From Thermoflexus hugenholtzii JAD2 (GTDB taxonomy: Bacteria; Chloroflexota; UBA11872; UBA12225), in contig CAMDTO010000001.1 of assembly GCA_945907765.1 (NCBI GenBank), forward strand, positions 28,083 through 92,082: a stretch of 64,000 bases of DNA, written 5' to 3'. Position 1 is the stretch's first letter; the number at the start of each line of letters is the position of its first letter. Of the stretch, positions 28,433 to 37,403 are shown in pieces. A program made the translations under genes and the position numbers. The notes beneath the pieces are model-generated. The model saw only the letters and a list, made by a program, of their open reading frames with translations. It was not told where the DNA came from and did not search any database.

Positions 28433-31117
28433 GTGAGCGATTCGACCTCCTGGGCATACGCGCTGCTCGTGGTGCTGCTTGCTGCACCCGTGTTGGCTGC
28501 CGTTGTCGTGCTTGTGACGATGGTCGGACAGTCGGAGACGAACCGTGTGCCAGTGCAGGCGAGTGGAAGTGGTGGGCAGTCGGTTGCTCAGGACGTCCGC
28601 CCGGTAATCGTGATGCAACGCGTCTCCCGAGCGTCGGCGCGAAGGCCCGGTTCCGCGGCTGATCCGGTTGGCAGGCAGGTCACATCGCCTGCAACCCTCC
28701 ATGAACGGATTGACCGATTCACTTCACGGCGACGCGAGCCGACGCGTAGACGCCGTGGTGATTCACCTGCTGGCGATACGGACCCGGTGCCGTACCCGAG
28801 TTCCTCGTGGCCGGCGGTCGCGCCGCCACTGATCGAAACCCCTGGGGTCACCCGGCCGGATTCCCACGCGTCCGGTGACCTCGGGCGTGACGCATCGACC
28901 CCGAGGTCCTGGGGTCAGTGGGTCCGCGCCCTTGTTGAGCTGACCATCCCGCCACGTCAGGTAAGGCCACCAGTTGGTGCGAGACAGGTGGCAGTGCGGG
29001 CAATTGTGGCGGAGACCCCGGAGATACCGGCTCGGGCCGAGGGCGGGTATGTGCTCCCACCAGTCCGTGTACGGGCCGGACTTGCAGGAATTGATGGGTC
29101 GCCACGCCTCCCGCTCATGGTCTCTGCGATTGCGGAAATCGAGGCTGGTCCCGACGTATCGCGTCACGACGGGGCAGGTCCAATGCCATCTAAAGCGGAG
29201 ATTGTTGCTCCCGACGTGGACGGGTTCGAATTGGGTTTAATTCCAGCGGTGATCGATCAGTCGACTCAGATCCAAATGTCGTTCCTGCTGGCCGAGCCTG
29301 ACGGTGGCGACGGGTTCGTGATTTCAGAGCCTTCTCTTCACGACCTAACTCGCTTGGCGCCGGTTTCGGAGGTGGCGGCGTCTTTCGAGTGGGATGTGGC
29401 TCAGGACGTGGAATCCACCGGTTTCGAGGCGGAACCAGTTGCAGATGGCCCAGATATTGTGATCGCGGTTCCATCTGAACTGGTGTTAGGGGCACCGGTT
29501 GTCGCGTTTGAACTGGTCGAAGTTGAACCGGCCAACGCGGTACCGGCGCCAGATTTGGCCTTCGAACCCGTCATGGCCGACGTCGAGATAGCACTGGTCT
29601 CCGAGGATGACCTGGTGGAGGTGGACACGACGGTCGCCATGCCCGAACCAGTGTTGGAAATCGAACCCGTCTTGGCCGAAGTAAAGATAGCACTGGTCGC
29701 CGAGGGGGACCCGGTTCAAGTGGAACCCGACGTAGGGATTGCAGAGCCTGAGATGGCGATTGAGCCCGTCACGGCGTACGTGGTGGAGATACCGATAGAC
29801 GTGGTGGAGGTGGTCGTGGCGGAGACCAACGTCGCAATGGCACTGACAGACATGACCATCTCACCGGTCATGGCTGATGTTGACGAAGCACTGTTATCCG
29901 AGGGTGACCCGGTTCAAGTGGAGCTTGTCTACGCGGTGCCGATGCCTGTAATGGCAAAAGCACCAGTCATGGCCGACTTCGAGGAAGCACCGGTTGTCGC
30001 GTCTGAACTGGTCGAAGTTGAACCGGTTAACGCGATGCCGGCGCCAGTCATGGCAAATGAACCCGTCATGGCTGATGTTGAGGAAGCACTGTTAGCCAAG
30101 GGTGGCCCGGTTCAAGTGGAGCTTGTCTACGCGATGCCGATGCCTGTGATGGCAAACGATCCAGTCATGGCCGAAGTCGAGGAAGCACCGGTTGTCGCGT
30201 CTGGACTGGTCGAAGTTGAACCGGTCCACGCGATGCCGGCGCCAGTCATGGCAATCGAACCCGTCACGGTTGACGTCGAGGACGCACTGGTAGCCCAGGC
30301 TGACCCATTCGAAATGGAACCTGGCGTAGCGATTCCGGAGCCAGAGATGGCGATTCGGCCCGTCACGACGTACCTGGTGGAGATACCGATGGACGTAGTG
30401 GAGGTGGTCGTGGCGGAAACCAACGTCGCGATGGCACTGCCAGACATGGCTATCTCACCAATCATGGCTGACGTCGGCGAAGCACCGGCTGTCGATTCAG
30501 CTTCGGAGGAGGAGGAACCCGTTTACGCGACGCCGGTGCAAGTGTTGCCGGTCGAACCCGTCGTGGCCGAAGTCGCGGAAGTTTCTGCGTCCGACCAAGA
30601 GATTGGTGAGGATCACGTCGCGCTTGGTTTTGAGAACCAACATGTCGTGGATGCCTGGGCCGCGATGACGCAGATTGAAACGGTCGATGTGGCGACGCCG
30701 TCAGTGGAGGGACTCGAACTTGAACCGTTCGTGGATGTTCCTGTCGCGGCCCTCGCCTCCGAGGTGGACGGCATCGGGACGGAAGCACTGGTGAAACCCG
30801 CAGAGGACGTGTCTCCAGTGGCAACAGGTCCAGCTGATCAGTCTGGCTCCGAACAAAGCCATATGGGGACTGGCGTGCTCGGGACAGGGCAGTCAGCCAT
30901 CGATGAACCTGACCTCGCGATTAATGGGTTGGACTGCGACGAGGAAGTTGGGCCCGCGATGGCGGAGGCAACGTTCACTCTACCTCCGGCACCTCCAGTC
31001 GAGGAACCTCAGCCAGCGTGGATGCCCCTGCCACGGTCTCCAAAGTTCCGCTGGGTTCGGGTTGCGATGCAGGCGACTGAGGTAACCGTACCTCGCGATG
31101 TCTTTGCTGGACAGTAG
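28433..31117 (+). CDS. Large hypothetical membrane-anchored acidic repeat protein
   Basis: About 895 codons uninterrupted; N-terminal hydrophobic helix, Arg/Pro-rich linker, ten in-frame 33-aa repeats; start could be 28397 or 28433. Confidence 0.8.
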   Translation: MSDSTSWAYALLVVLLAAPVLAAVVVLVTMVGQSETNRVPVQASGSGGQSVAQDVRPVIVMQRVSRASARRPGSAADPVGRQVTSPATLHERIDRFTSRRREPTRRRRGDSPAGDTDPVPYPSSSWPAVAPPLIETPGVTRPDSHASGDLGRDASTPRSWGQWVRALVELTIPPRQVRPPVGARQVAVRAIVAETPEIPARAEGGYVLPPVRVRAGLAGIDGSPRLPLMVSAIAEIEAGPDVSRHDGAGPMPSKAEIVAPDVDGFELGLIPAVIDQSTQIQMSFLLAEPDGGDGFVISEPSLHDLTRLAPVSEVAASFEWDVAQDVESTGFEAEPVADGPDIVIAVPSELVLGAPVVAFELVEVEPANAVPAPDLAFEPVMADVEIALVSEDDLVEVDTTVAMPEPVLEIEPVLAEVKIALVAEGDPVQVEPDVGIAEPEMAIEPVTAYVVEIPIDVVEVVVAETNVAMALTDMTISPVMADVDEALLSEGDPVQVELVYAVPMPVMAKAPVMADFEEAPVVASELVEVEPVNAMPAPVMANEPVMADVEEALLAKGGPVQVELVYAMPMPVMANDPVMAEVEEAPVVASGLVEVEPVHAMPAPVMAIEPVTVDVEDALVAQADPFEMEPGVAIPEPEMAIRPVTTYLVEIPMDVVEVVVAETNVAMALPDMAISPIMADVGEAPAVDSASEEEEPVYATPVQVLPVEPVVAEVAEVSASDQEIGEDHVALGFENQHVVDAWAAMTQIETVDVATPSVEGLELEPFVDVPVAALASEVDGIGTEALVKPAEDVSPVATGPADQSGSEQSHMGTGVLGTGQSAIDEPDLAINGLDCDEEVGPAMAEATFTLPPAPPVEEPQPAWMPLPRSPKFRWVRVAMQATEVTVPRDVFAGQ
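29468..30556 (+). repeat. Intragenic 99-bp tandem repeat (10 full units plus a degenerate first unit)
   Basis: Units start at 29567, 29666 ... 30458, each beginning P-V/I; GAGGAAGCACCGGTTGTCGCGTCTG occurs at 29981 and 30179 (198 bp apart). Confidence 0.9.
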
Positions 31118-31189
31118 TCTCATCCCCAACGCCCGTGCTGGGGGACTGAAGGTGACGGTTCCGCATTCCGAGTAATAGATTTTGCGGCG

Positions 31190-31195
31190 TATAAT
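31190..31195 (+). promoter_or_regulatory. -10 element of coaD
   Basis: Perfect TATAAT, 8 nt before GTG 31204. Confidence 0.6.
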
Positions 31196-31203
31196 CCACG
31201 CTT

Positions 31204-31806
31204 GTGATCGATGGTCTGCCATCCCGACGCATCGCGCTGTTTCCGGCCACATTCGACCCGCCGACCCACGGGCACATGGAAACGGTGTTGCGGGGTGCAA
31301 GGCTTTTCGATGAGGTTGTGGTTGCGGTGTATGCCGAACCGTCAAAGCAAACGCTGTTCAGCGCGACTGAGCGGCTCGAGCTTGTTCAGGAAGCCGTTCG
31401 TGATCTGGGTGTGACAAATGTCCGTGTCAGGTCATACAACCGAAGACTGACGGCAGATCTGGCACGTGAAGAGGGGGCTTGCGCGCTTATTCGCGGATTG
31501 CGTGCCGTTTCGGATTTCGACTATGAACTTCAGCTCGCGCACATGAACAAGGCGCTTGCGCCGGACGTCGAAACGGTGGTTCTTCTGGCGAGTGCTCGGT
31601 ACAGCTTTCTGAGTTCGACCATAGTCCGCGAAGTTGCGCGGCTCGGTGGCGATGTGGCGCCATGGGTGCCAAGGATTGTGGCCGAACGGCTCGGCGAACG
31701 GTTTGGGCATCCTCATTCACCCGTGAACCTCCCGGAGGTCCTGGATGCGGAGGTAGGTTCAGACCGGATTGCCGGGTTCATGTCCACTGATGATCGTGTG
31801 CGTTAG
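31204..31806 (+). CDS. coaD: Phosphopantetheine adenylyltransferase
   Basis: 'FPATFDPPTHGH', 'RGLRAVSDFDYE', 'SSTIVREV'. Confidence 0.96.
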   Translation: MIDGLPSRRIALFPATFDPPTHGHMETVLRGARLFDEVVVAVYAEPSKQTLFSATERLELVQEAVRDLGVTNVRVRSYNRRLTADLAREEGACALIRGLRAVSDFDYELQLAHMNKALAPDVETVVLLASARYSFLSSTIVREVARLGGDVAPWVPRIVAERLGERFGHPHSPVNLPEVLDAEVGSDRIAGFMSTDDRVR

Positions 31807-31946
31807 TACTGGGGATAACATGGTCTATCGGGTCACCGTTTTTCATGCAGTCGGTGACTGCATGAATGATGACGTGGCTTGGTAGGAGCGGCGACCGTTG
31901 TTCGTGCCAATGGGTGCGAGTGGCCGGACGCCAGGAGGTGACTTCG

Positions 31947-32405
31947 ATCGATATTCTATTTCTGGTTGATCGTTTGGAGGCCGTCCTGCAGAATGGCCAA
32001 CGTGTGCCGTTCACGCACAAGGTCATGATCGACGAGACAGAGTGCTACGACATCATTGACCAAATGCGCCTCGTTGTGCCCGAAGAGGTCAAGGCAGCGA
32101 AGAAGCTGAGCCAGGACCGCGATCGCGTGCAGGGTGAGGCCGAAGCCCAGGCAGAACGCATCATCCAGGAAGCAATCGATCAGCGCGAGGAGATGCTGGC
32201 TGAGTACGCGATTGTCGCAGCAGCTGAAGAGCGTCGCGTAGAAATCTTGGACGACGCGACTCAGGAGGCCGAGGAGATCAAGGCACAGGCGGACCGCTAC
32301 GCACTTGATGTTCTCGAGGCACTGAGTACACGTCTTGGAACCTTCCTGCGTGAGGTTGACAATGGCATCAATGCCTTGCAACCACCTGCTGATGACGGTG
32401 ACTAG
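31947..32405 (+). CDS. Conserved coiled-coil protein of the coaD-yceD interval (often labelled ATPase subunit/DivIVA-like)
   Basis: 'DILFLVDRLE', 'RVPF', 'IDQMR..VPEEVK.A', 'ADRYA'; AGGAGGTGA SD points to ATC 31947. Confidence 0.8.
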   Translation: MDILFLVDRLEAVLQNGQRVPFTHKVMIDETECYDIIDQMRLVVPEEVKAAKKLSQDRDRVQGEAEAQAERIIQEAIDQREEMLAEYAIVAAAEERRVEILDDATQEAEEIKAQADRYALDVLEALSTRLGTFLREVDNGINALQPPADDGD

Positions 32406-32499
32406 TCCCGGCGGGTTTCCAGTAGTCCGGGAGCGTGCCCGGAGAGTCCGTGGCCTCGAGCGGGCAAGGTAATCGAATGCCCCTCCGGGAGACTGAGCG

Positions 32500-33063
32500 A
32501 TGCAGACACTACGGATAAACGTTGTCGGGCTGCTCAAGGAGCCCGCGGGCGGCGTGCGCGATCATGTGATCCAGGTTGCTGGTGCCACGGTAGCGTTGAT
32601 GGCCGAAGAGGCTAGGCCACTTCGAGACCTCACTGGGGAAGTGCGCCTGTTGCGTAGCCCGCGCAGCATCTTTGCGAGGGTGCGCCTGGCCACCGACTTC
32701 GCGTTGGATTGCAGACGCTGTCTGGAGGACGCGATCTCACCGGTCAAGCTGGAGTTTGATGCGGAGTTCTTCCCGTCAGTGGATGTCGTTACCGGGTTGG
32801 CGGTGGTCATTCCGGACGATGACCTTGCATTCCTGATTGATCACAATCACGAACTTGACCTCGCTGAGGCGGTGCGTCAGGAACTGCTGTTGGCGTTGCC
32901 CATGTACCCGCTGTGCGATCCGGATTGTGAAGGATTGTGTCCAACTTGCGGGGCGAACCGGAATGCCGACCCGTGCGACTGTGATGACAGCGAACCCGAT
33001 CCACGCATGGCGTCCCTCAAGGGGCTATTCGGTGCGAGTGCCGCGACAGACCGCCCATCCTGA
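32500..33063 (+). CDS. yceD: DUF177 / YceD family protein
   Basis: 'CRRCL', 'LDLAEAVRQ', 'LCDPDCEGLCPTCG', 'DPR'; directly upstream of rpmF. Confidence 0.92.
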   Translation: MQTLRINVVGLLKEPAGGVRDHVIQVAGATVALMAEEARPLRDLTGEVRLLRSPRSIFARVRLATDFALDCRRCLEDAISPVKLEFDAEFFPSVDVVTGLAVVIPDDDLAFLIDHNHELDLAEAVRQELLLALPMYPLCDPDCEGLCPTCGANRNADPCDCDDSEPDPRMASLKGLFGASAATDRPS

Positions 33064-33127
33064 CATGGCTAGCGATATCGGAGCCAGAACCGGTATGATT
33101 AGTAGTCGTTGACCGGAGTTGTAAGAC

Positions 33128-33325
33128 GTGGGCGCACACCCGAAACGCAAGATCAGCAAAATGCGGCGAGACAGTCGTCGTGGGCACCATGCTTTGGAGT
33201 TTCCGCAGTTCATCACCTGCCCGAGTTGTCGTCAGCTCACGTTGCCCCATCAGGCATGCCACCGATGCGGCGTATATCGCGGTCGGCAGGTCGTTGAGAT
33301 GACCAACGACAGAGCCGCGCAGTAG
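33128..33325 (+). CDS. rpmF: 50S ribosomal protein L32
   Basis: 'HPKRKISK', 'CPSC', 'PHQACHRCGVYRG'. Confidence 0.96.
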   Translation: MGAHPKRKISKMRRDSRRGHHALEFPQFITCPSCRQLTLPHQACHRCGVYRGRQVVEMTNDRAAQ

Positions 33326-33387
33326 CGGCCGCGGGTTCGCCCTGAACCCGCTTGCCTGACGGAAGCCATGGCGGTGGGACTGTTCCA

Positions 33388-33414
33388 GAGGGGCGCCGAA
33401 AGGCGCCTCTTTTT
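33388..33414 (+). terminator. Intrinsic terminator after rpmF
   Basis: GGGGCGCC-GAAA-GGCGCCTC followed by TTTTT. Confidence 0.8.
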
Positions 33415-33445
33415 GTTGCCTGAACGACGTCAGGTGGAGGACGAG

Positions 33446-34447
33446 ATGAGCGCCGCAACAGCTTGGCTGTTCCCGGGCCAGGGTTCCCAGGCGGTTGGGA
33501 TGGGGCATTCGTTGTACCGGGACTCGGCGGCGGCGCGGGACGTATTCGTGGTTGCGGATGCGGTCTGGGGCGGTTCACTCACGGGCGCGATGTTCGATGG
33601 CCCGGCCGAAGGGTTGCAGGCAACGGTTGTCACGCAACCGGCAATCGTCTCGGTAAGTCTGGCAGCGCTTGCAGCGGTTCGAGAGGCGTGGGAAGCACGG
33701 CAAGGAACACCGCTCCCAGAACCGTCGTTCGTTGCGGGGCACAGTGTCGGTGAATTCGCCGCGGTAGTGGCTAGTGGTGCAACAGATGTTGCGACCGGAC
33801 TTCGGCTAGTGTGCGAGCGAGCGCGGCTGATGCAGTGGGCGGCCGAGACGAACCCCGGAAGCATGGTTGCCGTCCTAGGCTTGGCACGTGACCTCGTTGA
33901 GGAGTCTTGTTTATCCGCGCGGGAGGCGGTGACTGGAAGTTACGTGTCGGTGGCCAATGACAACGCGCACACTCCGGCCCAGATCGTCATCGCAGGTGAC
34001 TTGGCCGGGCTCGAGGCTGCAAGTGCGGAGTGCCGGGCACGTGGTGCGCGCCGGTGTGTCCCATTGACGGTAGGTGGTGCATTCCACTCAGCTGCGATGG
34101 CGCCCGCTCAGGAAGGTCTCGCACGTGCCATCTCGATGGCGCCCTTCGGCGATCCTCGTGTGCCAGTTATCGCAAATGTCACGGCAACCGCATTGCGTCG
34201 CGCCCGCGAAATCCGGACAGAACTTGCAACGCAGGTGGTCAGCCCCGTTCGCTGGGCGGACACGGTCGCTCTGCTTGCCGAAGCCGGTTGCCGCCGGTTT
34301 GTGGAGTTCGGGCACGGCACGGTTCTCGGAAATCTCGTGCAGCGCGCGATACCGGATGCTGCGGTCCAGAGCGTCGGTGATGCCGACGGCGTGGCACGGG
34401 TAGCGGAGTGGCTCGGTCGTGACGTGGGTGGGCATGCCAATGCCTGA
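33446..34447 (+). CDS. fabD: Malonyl-CoA:ACP transacylase
   Basis: 'FPGQGSQ', 'GHSVGE', 'GAFHS', 'SPVRW'; GGAGG SD. Confidence 0.95.
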   Translation: MSAATAWLFPGQGSQAVGMGHSLYRDSAAARDVFVVADAVWGGSLTGAMFDGPAEGLQATVVTQPAIVSVSLAALAAVREAWEARQGTPLPEPSFVAGHSVGEFAAVVASGATDVATGLRLVCERARLMQWAAETNPGSMVAVLGLARDLVEESCLSAREAVTGSYVSVANDNAHTPAQIVIAGDLAGLEAASAECRARGARRCVPLTVGGAFHSAAMAPAQEGLARAISMAPFGDPRVPVIANVTATALRRAREIRTELATQVVSPVRWADTVALLAEAGCRRFVEFGHGTVLGNLVQRAIPDAAVQSVGDADGVARVAEWLGRDVGGHANA

Positions 34448-34536
34448 AGCGACGCGTCGTCAACTGGAAGCGCGCTTCAGGATCTGGATGGTGCCGGGTG
34501 GTTCAGGATGGCTTGAGGCCGGACTGTAGGCAAGTG

Positions 34537-35292
34537 ATGTCTGATCGTGGGGTTTCGGGCATGATCGCGTTGGTCACTGGAGCATCCGGTGCCCTTGGAA
34601 GGGCAATAGCTGTCCGTCTAGGCACGGGTGGGGCGTTGGTAGCGTGCCACTACGGATCCAATCCGACGGGCGCACAGGTGACCCTTGATGCCATCCGTGC
34701 TGGCGGTGGCGATGGCGTGACGGTCGGCGGCAACGTGACGTTGCGTGCGGACGTCGATGCGATGGTCTCGTCAGTCCTTGATGCGTATGGTCGCATCGAC
34801 ATACTCGTGAATTGCGCCGGGATCACTCGCGACGGATTGCTGGTCCGGATGGACGATGCCGACTGGGATGATGTGATTGCGACGAATCTGCGATCAGCCT
34901 TTCTTGGGACGCGTGCCGTGATGCGTTCGATGATGAAGCAACGATCTGGGCGCATCCTCAATGTGACCTCGGTGATCGGGGTTTCAGGCAATGCTGGCCA
35001 AGCAAACTATGCGGCTGCCAAAGCAGGGATGATTGGGCTGACCCGGAGTACTGCGAGGGAAGTTGCAAGCCGGGGAATTACCTGTAACGCGTTGGCACCG
35101 GGATACATCGACGCGGGGATTGCCGCTACCCTCACCGTGGAACAGAGTTCCAAAGCGCTTGCCACCGTTCCGATGGGTGCAATGGGCACGGCAGACGACA
35201 TCGGCGAGGCGGCAGCGTTTCTGTGTTCTAGGGAGGCCCGGTACATCACCGGCCAGGTCCTCCACGTCGACGGCGGCATGGTGATGGGATAG
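34537..35292 (+). CDS. fabG: 3-oxoacyl-ACP reductase
   Basis: 'TGASGALG', 'AGITRD', 'GNAGQANYAAAK', 'YITGQ'. Confidence 0.95.
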   Translation: MSDRGVSGMIALVTGASGALGRAIAVRLGTGGALVACHYGSNPTGAQVTLDAIRAGGGDGVTVGGNVTLRADVDAMVSSVLDAYGRIDILVNCAGITRDGLLVRMDDADWDDVIATNLRSAFLGTRAVMRSMMKQRSGRILNVTSVIGVSGNAGQANYAAAKAGMIGLTRSTAREVASRGITCNALAPGYIDAGIAATLTVEQSSKALATVPMGAMGTADDIGEAAAFLCSREARYITGQVLHVDGGMVMG

Positions 35293-35308
35293 GGCAAGAA
35301 AGCATCAG

Positions 35309-36661
35309 ATGTTTGCAAAGGTGCTGATTGCCAACCGAGGTGAGGCCTCGGTTCGGGTCATCCGTGCATGTCGGGAACTCGGCATACGGACCGTGGCCGT
35401 ATTTTCGGAAGCGGACCGCACATGCCAGCATGTCCGCCTTGCCGACGAAGCCATCTGCATTGGTCCCGCGCCAACAGGCCGGTCCTACCTCAATGTGCCC
35501 AACATCATTCAGGCCGCGCTGATGACCGGTGCCGAGGCCATTCACCCCGGTACGGGTTTCCTCTCTGAGAGTTCGGCATTTGCGGAGATCTGTGCCGGGT
35601 ATGGGATCACGTTTGTGGGGCCAACCCCGGAAACCATTGCCAAACTTGGCGACAAGGCACGGGCACGCTCGGTGATGCGCGACGCAGGTCTCCCGGTCAT
35701 GCCAGGTGCCGATGCGCCGGTGCGAACGCTGGATGAGGCCAAGGACTTTGCGCAGTCGCTTGGATATCCCGTGATGCTCAAGGCCGTCGGTGGCGGTGGA
35801 GGCAAGGGGATTCGTCGCCTGACGTCAGTGCAGGACCTGATTGCTGCGTTCCCGGTTGCACAGGCCGAGGCTTCAAGTGCGTTTGGAAACCCTGAAATCT
35901 ATCTCGAGAAATGCATCGAGGATGCTCGCCATATCGAGGTGCAGATCCTCGGGGACATGCATGGTTCGGTCGTCCATCTCGGCGAACGTGATTGTTCGTT
36001 GCAACGCCGGGCACAGAAGGTCCTCGAAGAGGCGCCCGCTACCTGTATCCCGGATGCCATCCGGGCAAAGTTGTGCGCGGCGGCTGTCGCCGGTGCCCGT
36101 GCCGTGGGGTACGTCAACGCTGGAACATGGGAGTTCCTGGTTGACCGGAACCATGACTTCTACTTCATGGAGGCAAATGCGCGTCTCCAGGTCGAACATC
36201 CCGTGACTGAGGCGATTACCGGGGTGGACATGGTCAAGACGCAACTCGCGATTGCGTCCGGGGCACACCTGCCATGGACACAGGATGAGATCCGGTTGCA
36301 GGGCCATGCAATCGAGGTGCGCGTCACGGCCGACGATCCGCGACGGAACTTTGCGCCGGACGCGGGTCTGGTGGGTCGGTTTGACATGCCCGGGGGCCCG
36401 GGGGTCCGGGTTGACACGCATGTTGTCGCGGGCTATGAGGTTCCACCCTTCTACGACTCACTTTTGGCGAAATTGATTACGTACGGTTCTACACGGGAGG
36501 AGGCTCGCGTACGCCTCCTCCGGGCGCTGGCTGAGTTCCGCATCGAAGGTCTCGCGACCACGGTAGGGTTCCACGAGCGCTTGGTAAGCGATCCGTCGTT
36601 CATCACCCAGGATCTCACAACCACTTTCGTGGAACGATGGCTGCCCGGTGTGGAATGGTGA
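35309..36661 (+). CDS. accC: Biotin carboxylase
   Basis: 'KVLIANRGE', 'GGGGKG', 'ERDCSLQRR', 'RLQVEHPVTE', 'YDSLLAK'. Confidence 0.94.
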   Translation: MFAKVLIANRGEASVRVIRACRELGIRTVAVFSEADRTCQHVRLADEAICIGPAPTGRSYLNVPNIIQAALMTGAEAIHPGTGFLSESSAFAEICAGYGITFVGPTPETIAKLGDKARARSVMRDAGLPVMPGADAPVRTLDEAKDFAQSLGYPVMLKAVGGGGGKGIRRLTSVQDLIAAFPVAQAEASSAFGNPEIYLEKCIEDARHIEVQILGDMHGSVVHLGERDCSLQRRAQKVLEEAPATCIPDAIRAKLCAAAVAGARAVGYVNAGTWEFLVDRNHDFYFMEANARLQVEHPVTEAITGVDMVKTQLAIASGAHLPWTQDEIRLQGHAIEVRVTADDPRRNFAPDAGLVGRFDMPGGPGVRVDTHVVAGYEVPPFYDSLLAKLITYGSTREEARVRLLRALAEFRIEGLATTVGFHERLVSDPSFITQDLTTTFVERWLPGVEW

Positions 36662-36707
36662 GTGGAGTCGGGTCATGCTCCCGCCCGCCCGGCATGGATC
36701 ATCAGTC

Positions 36708-37346
36708 ATGACCGCACCGCCATCCGGACTTGATGTGCGCCCTGCCGATTCGGAAGCGGATTTGCCGGTTATCCGAATTGGTGATCGTGAACGGGTGTCG
36801 AGCATTCCTGGTGGTCCGAAGGCGCTCAAGTCCGATGATGTCTTCGCAACTGACGAGGATGAGTGGCCTGAAGGTGTCGGCGTCGAACGAAGGCGTGCGC
36901 GGGCGGTTGTGATCCAGGTCCTATACGAAGTCGATGTCACGGGTCACGTGCCGTCAGCGGTGCTTGAGCGTCGGCTCCTGGATGATCGCACCCCCCACGA
37001 AGCCTCGGCGTACGCCAGGAGGCTACTCCCCGGGGTCATAGCCAATCTTGGGTCGATCGATGAGACATTGACCAAGGGCGCTCCCGGATGGCCCGTCGAC
37101 CGGATGGACGTGGTGGAACGCGCGATCCTGCGTCTTGCCGTTCATGAACTTTCGGCGACGGTTGGGGTGCCTGTCCGAGTGGCAATCAACGAGGCGGTCG
37201 AGCTGGCGAAGGTGTTCGGGCACGAACCGTCTGCGAAGTTTGTCAACGGGGTACTCGGTGCGGTTGCCCGGGCAATCACGGGTCTTCCGGGATCATCGGA
37301 TGAGGGGTTGGCCGCTAGTGGTGCTGAGGAAGCACACGATGAATGA
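36708..37346 (+). CDS. nusB: Transcription antitermination factor NusB (start uncertain)
   Basis: 'RRRARAVVIQVLYE', 'ERAILRLA', 'VAINEAVELAK', 'FVNGVL'. Confidence 0.9.
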   Translation: MTAPPSGLDVRPADSEADLPVIRIGDRERVSSIPGGPKALKSDDVFATDEDEWPEGVGVERRRARAVVIQVLYEVDVTGHVPSAVLERRLLDDRTPHEASAYARRLLPGVIANLGSIDETLTKGAPGWPVDRMDVVERAILRLAVHELSATVGVPVRVAINEAVELAKVFGHEPSAKFVNGVLGAVARAITGLPGSSDEGLAASGAEEAHDE

Positions 37347-37403
37347 CCGACCATTCTCCATCCGGCATGCTGGTGGCGGTAGCCTTTGCGGGGGAACGCA
37401 CGC

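Noticed and set aside
28228..28662. 144-aa ORF upstream of and overlapping the repeat gene
   Set aside because: Overlaps the long ORF in another frame and has no motif
29468..30556. Repeat array as CRISPR, or as GvpC because of the 33-aa period
   Set aside because: No constant repeat with unique spacers and no cas genes; units are in-frame coding. The Pro/Val-rich composition does not fit helical GvpC and no gvp genes are present
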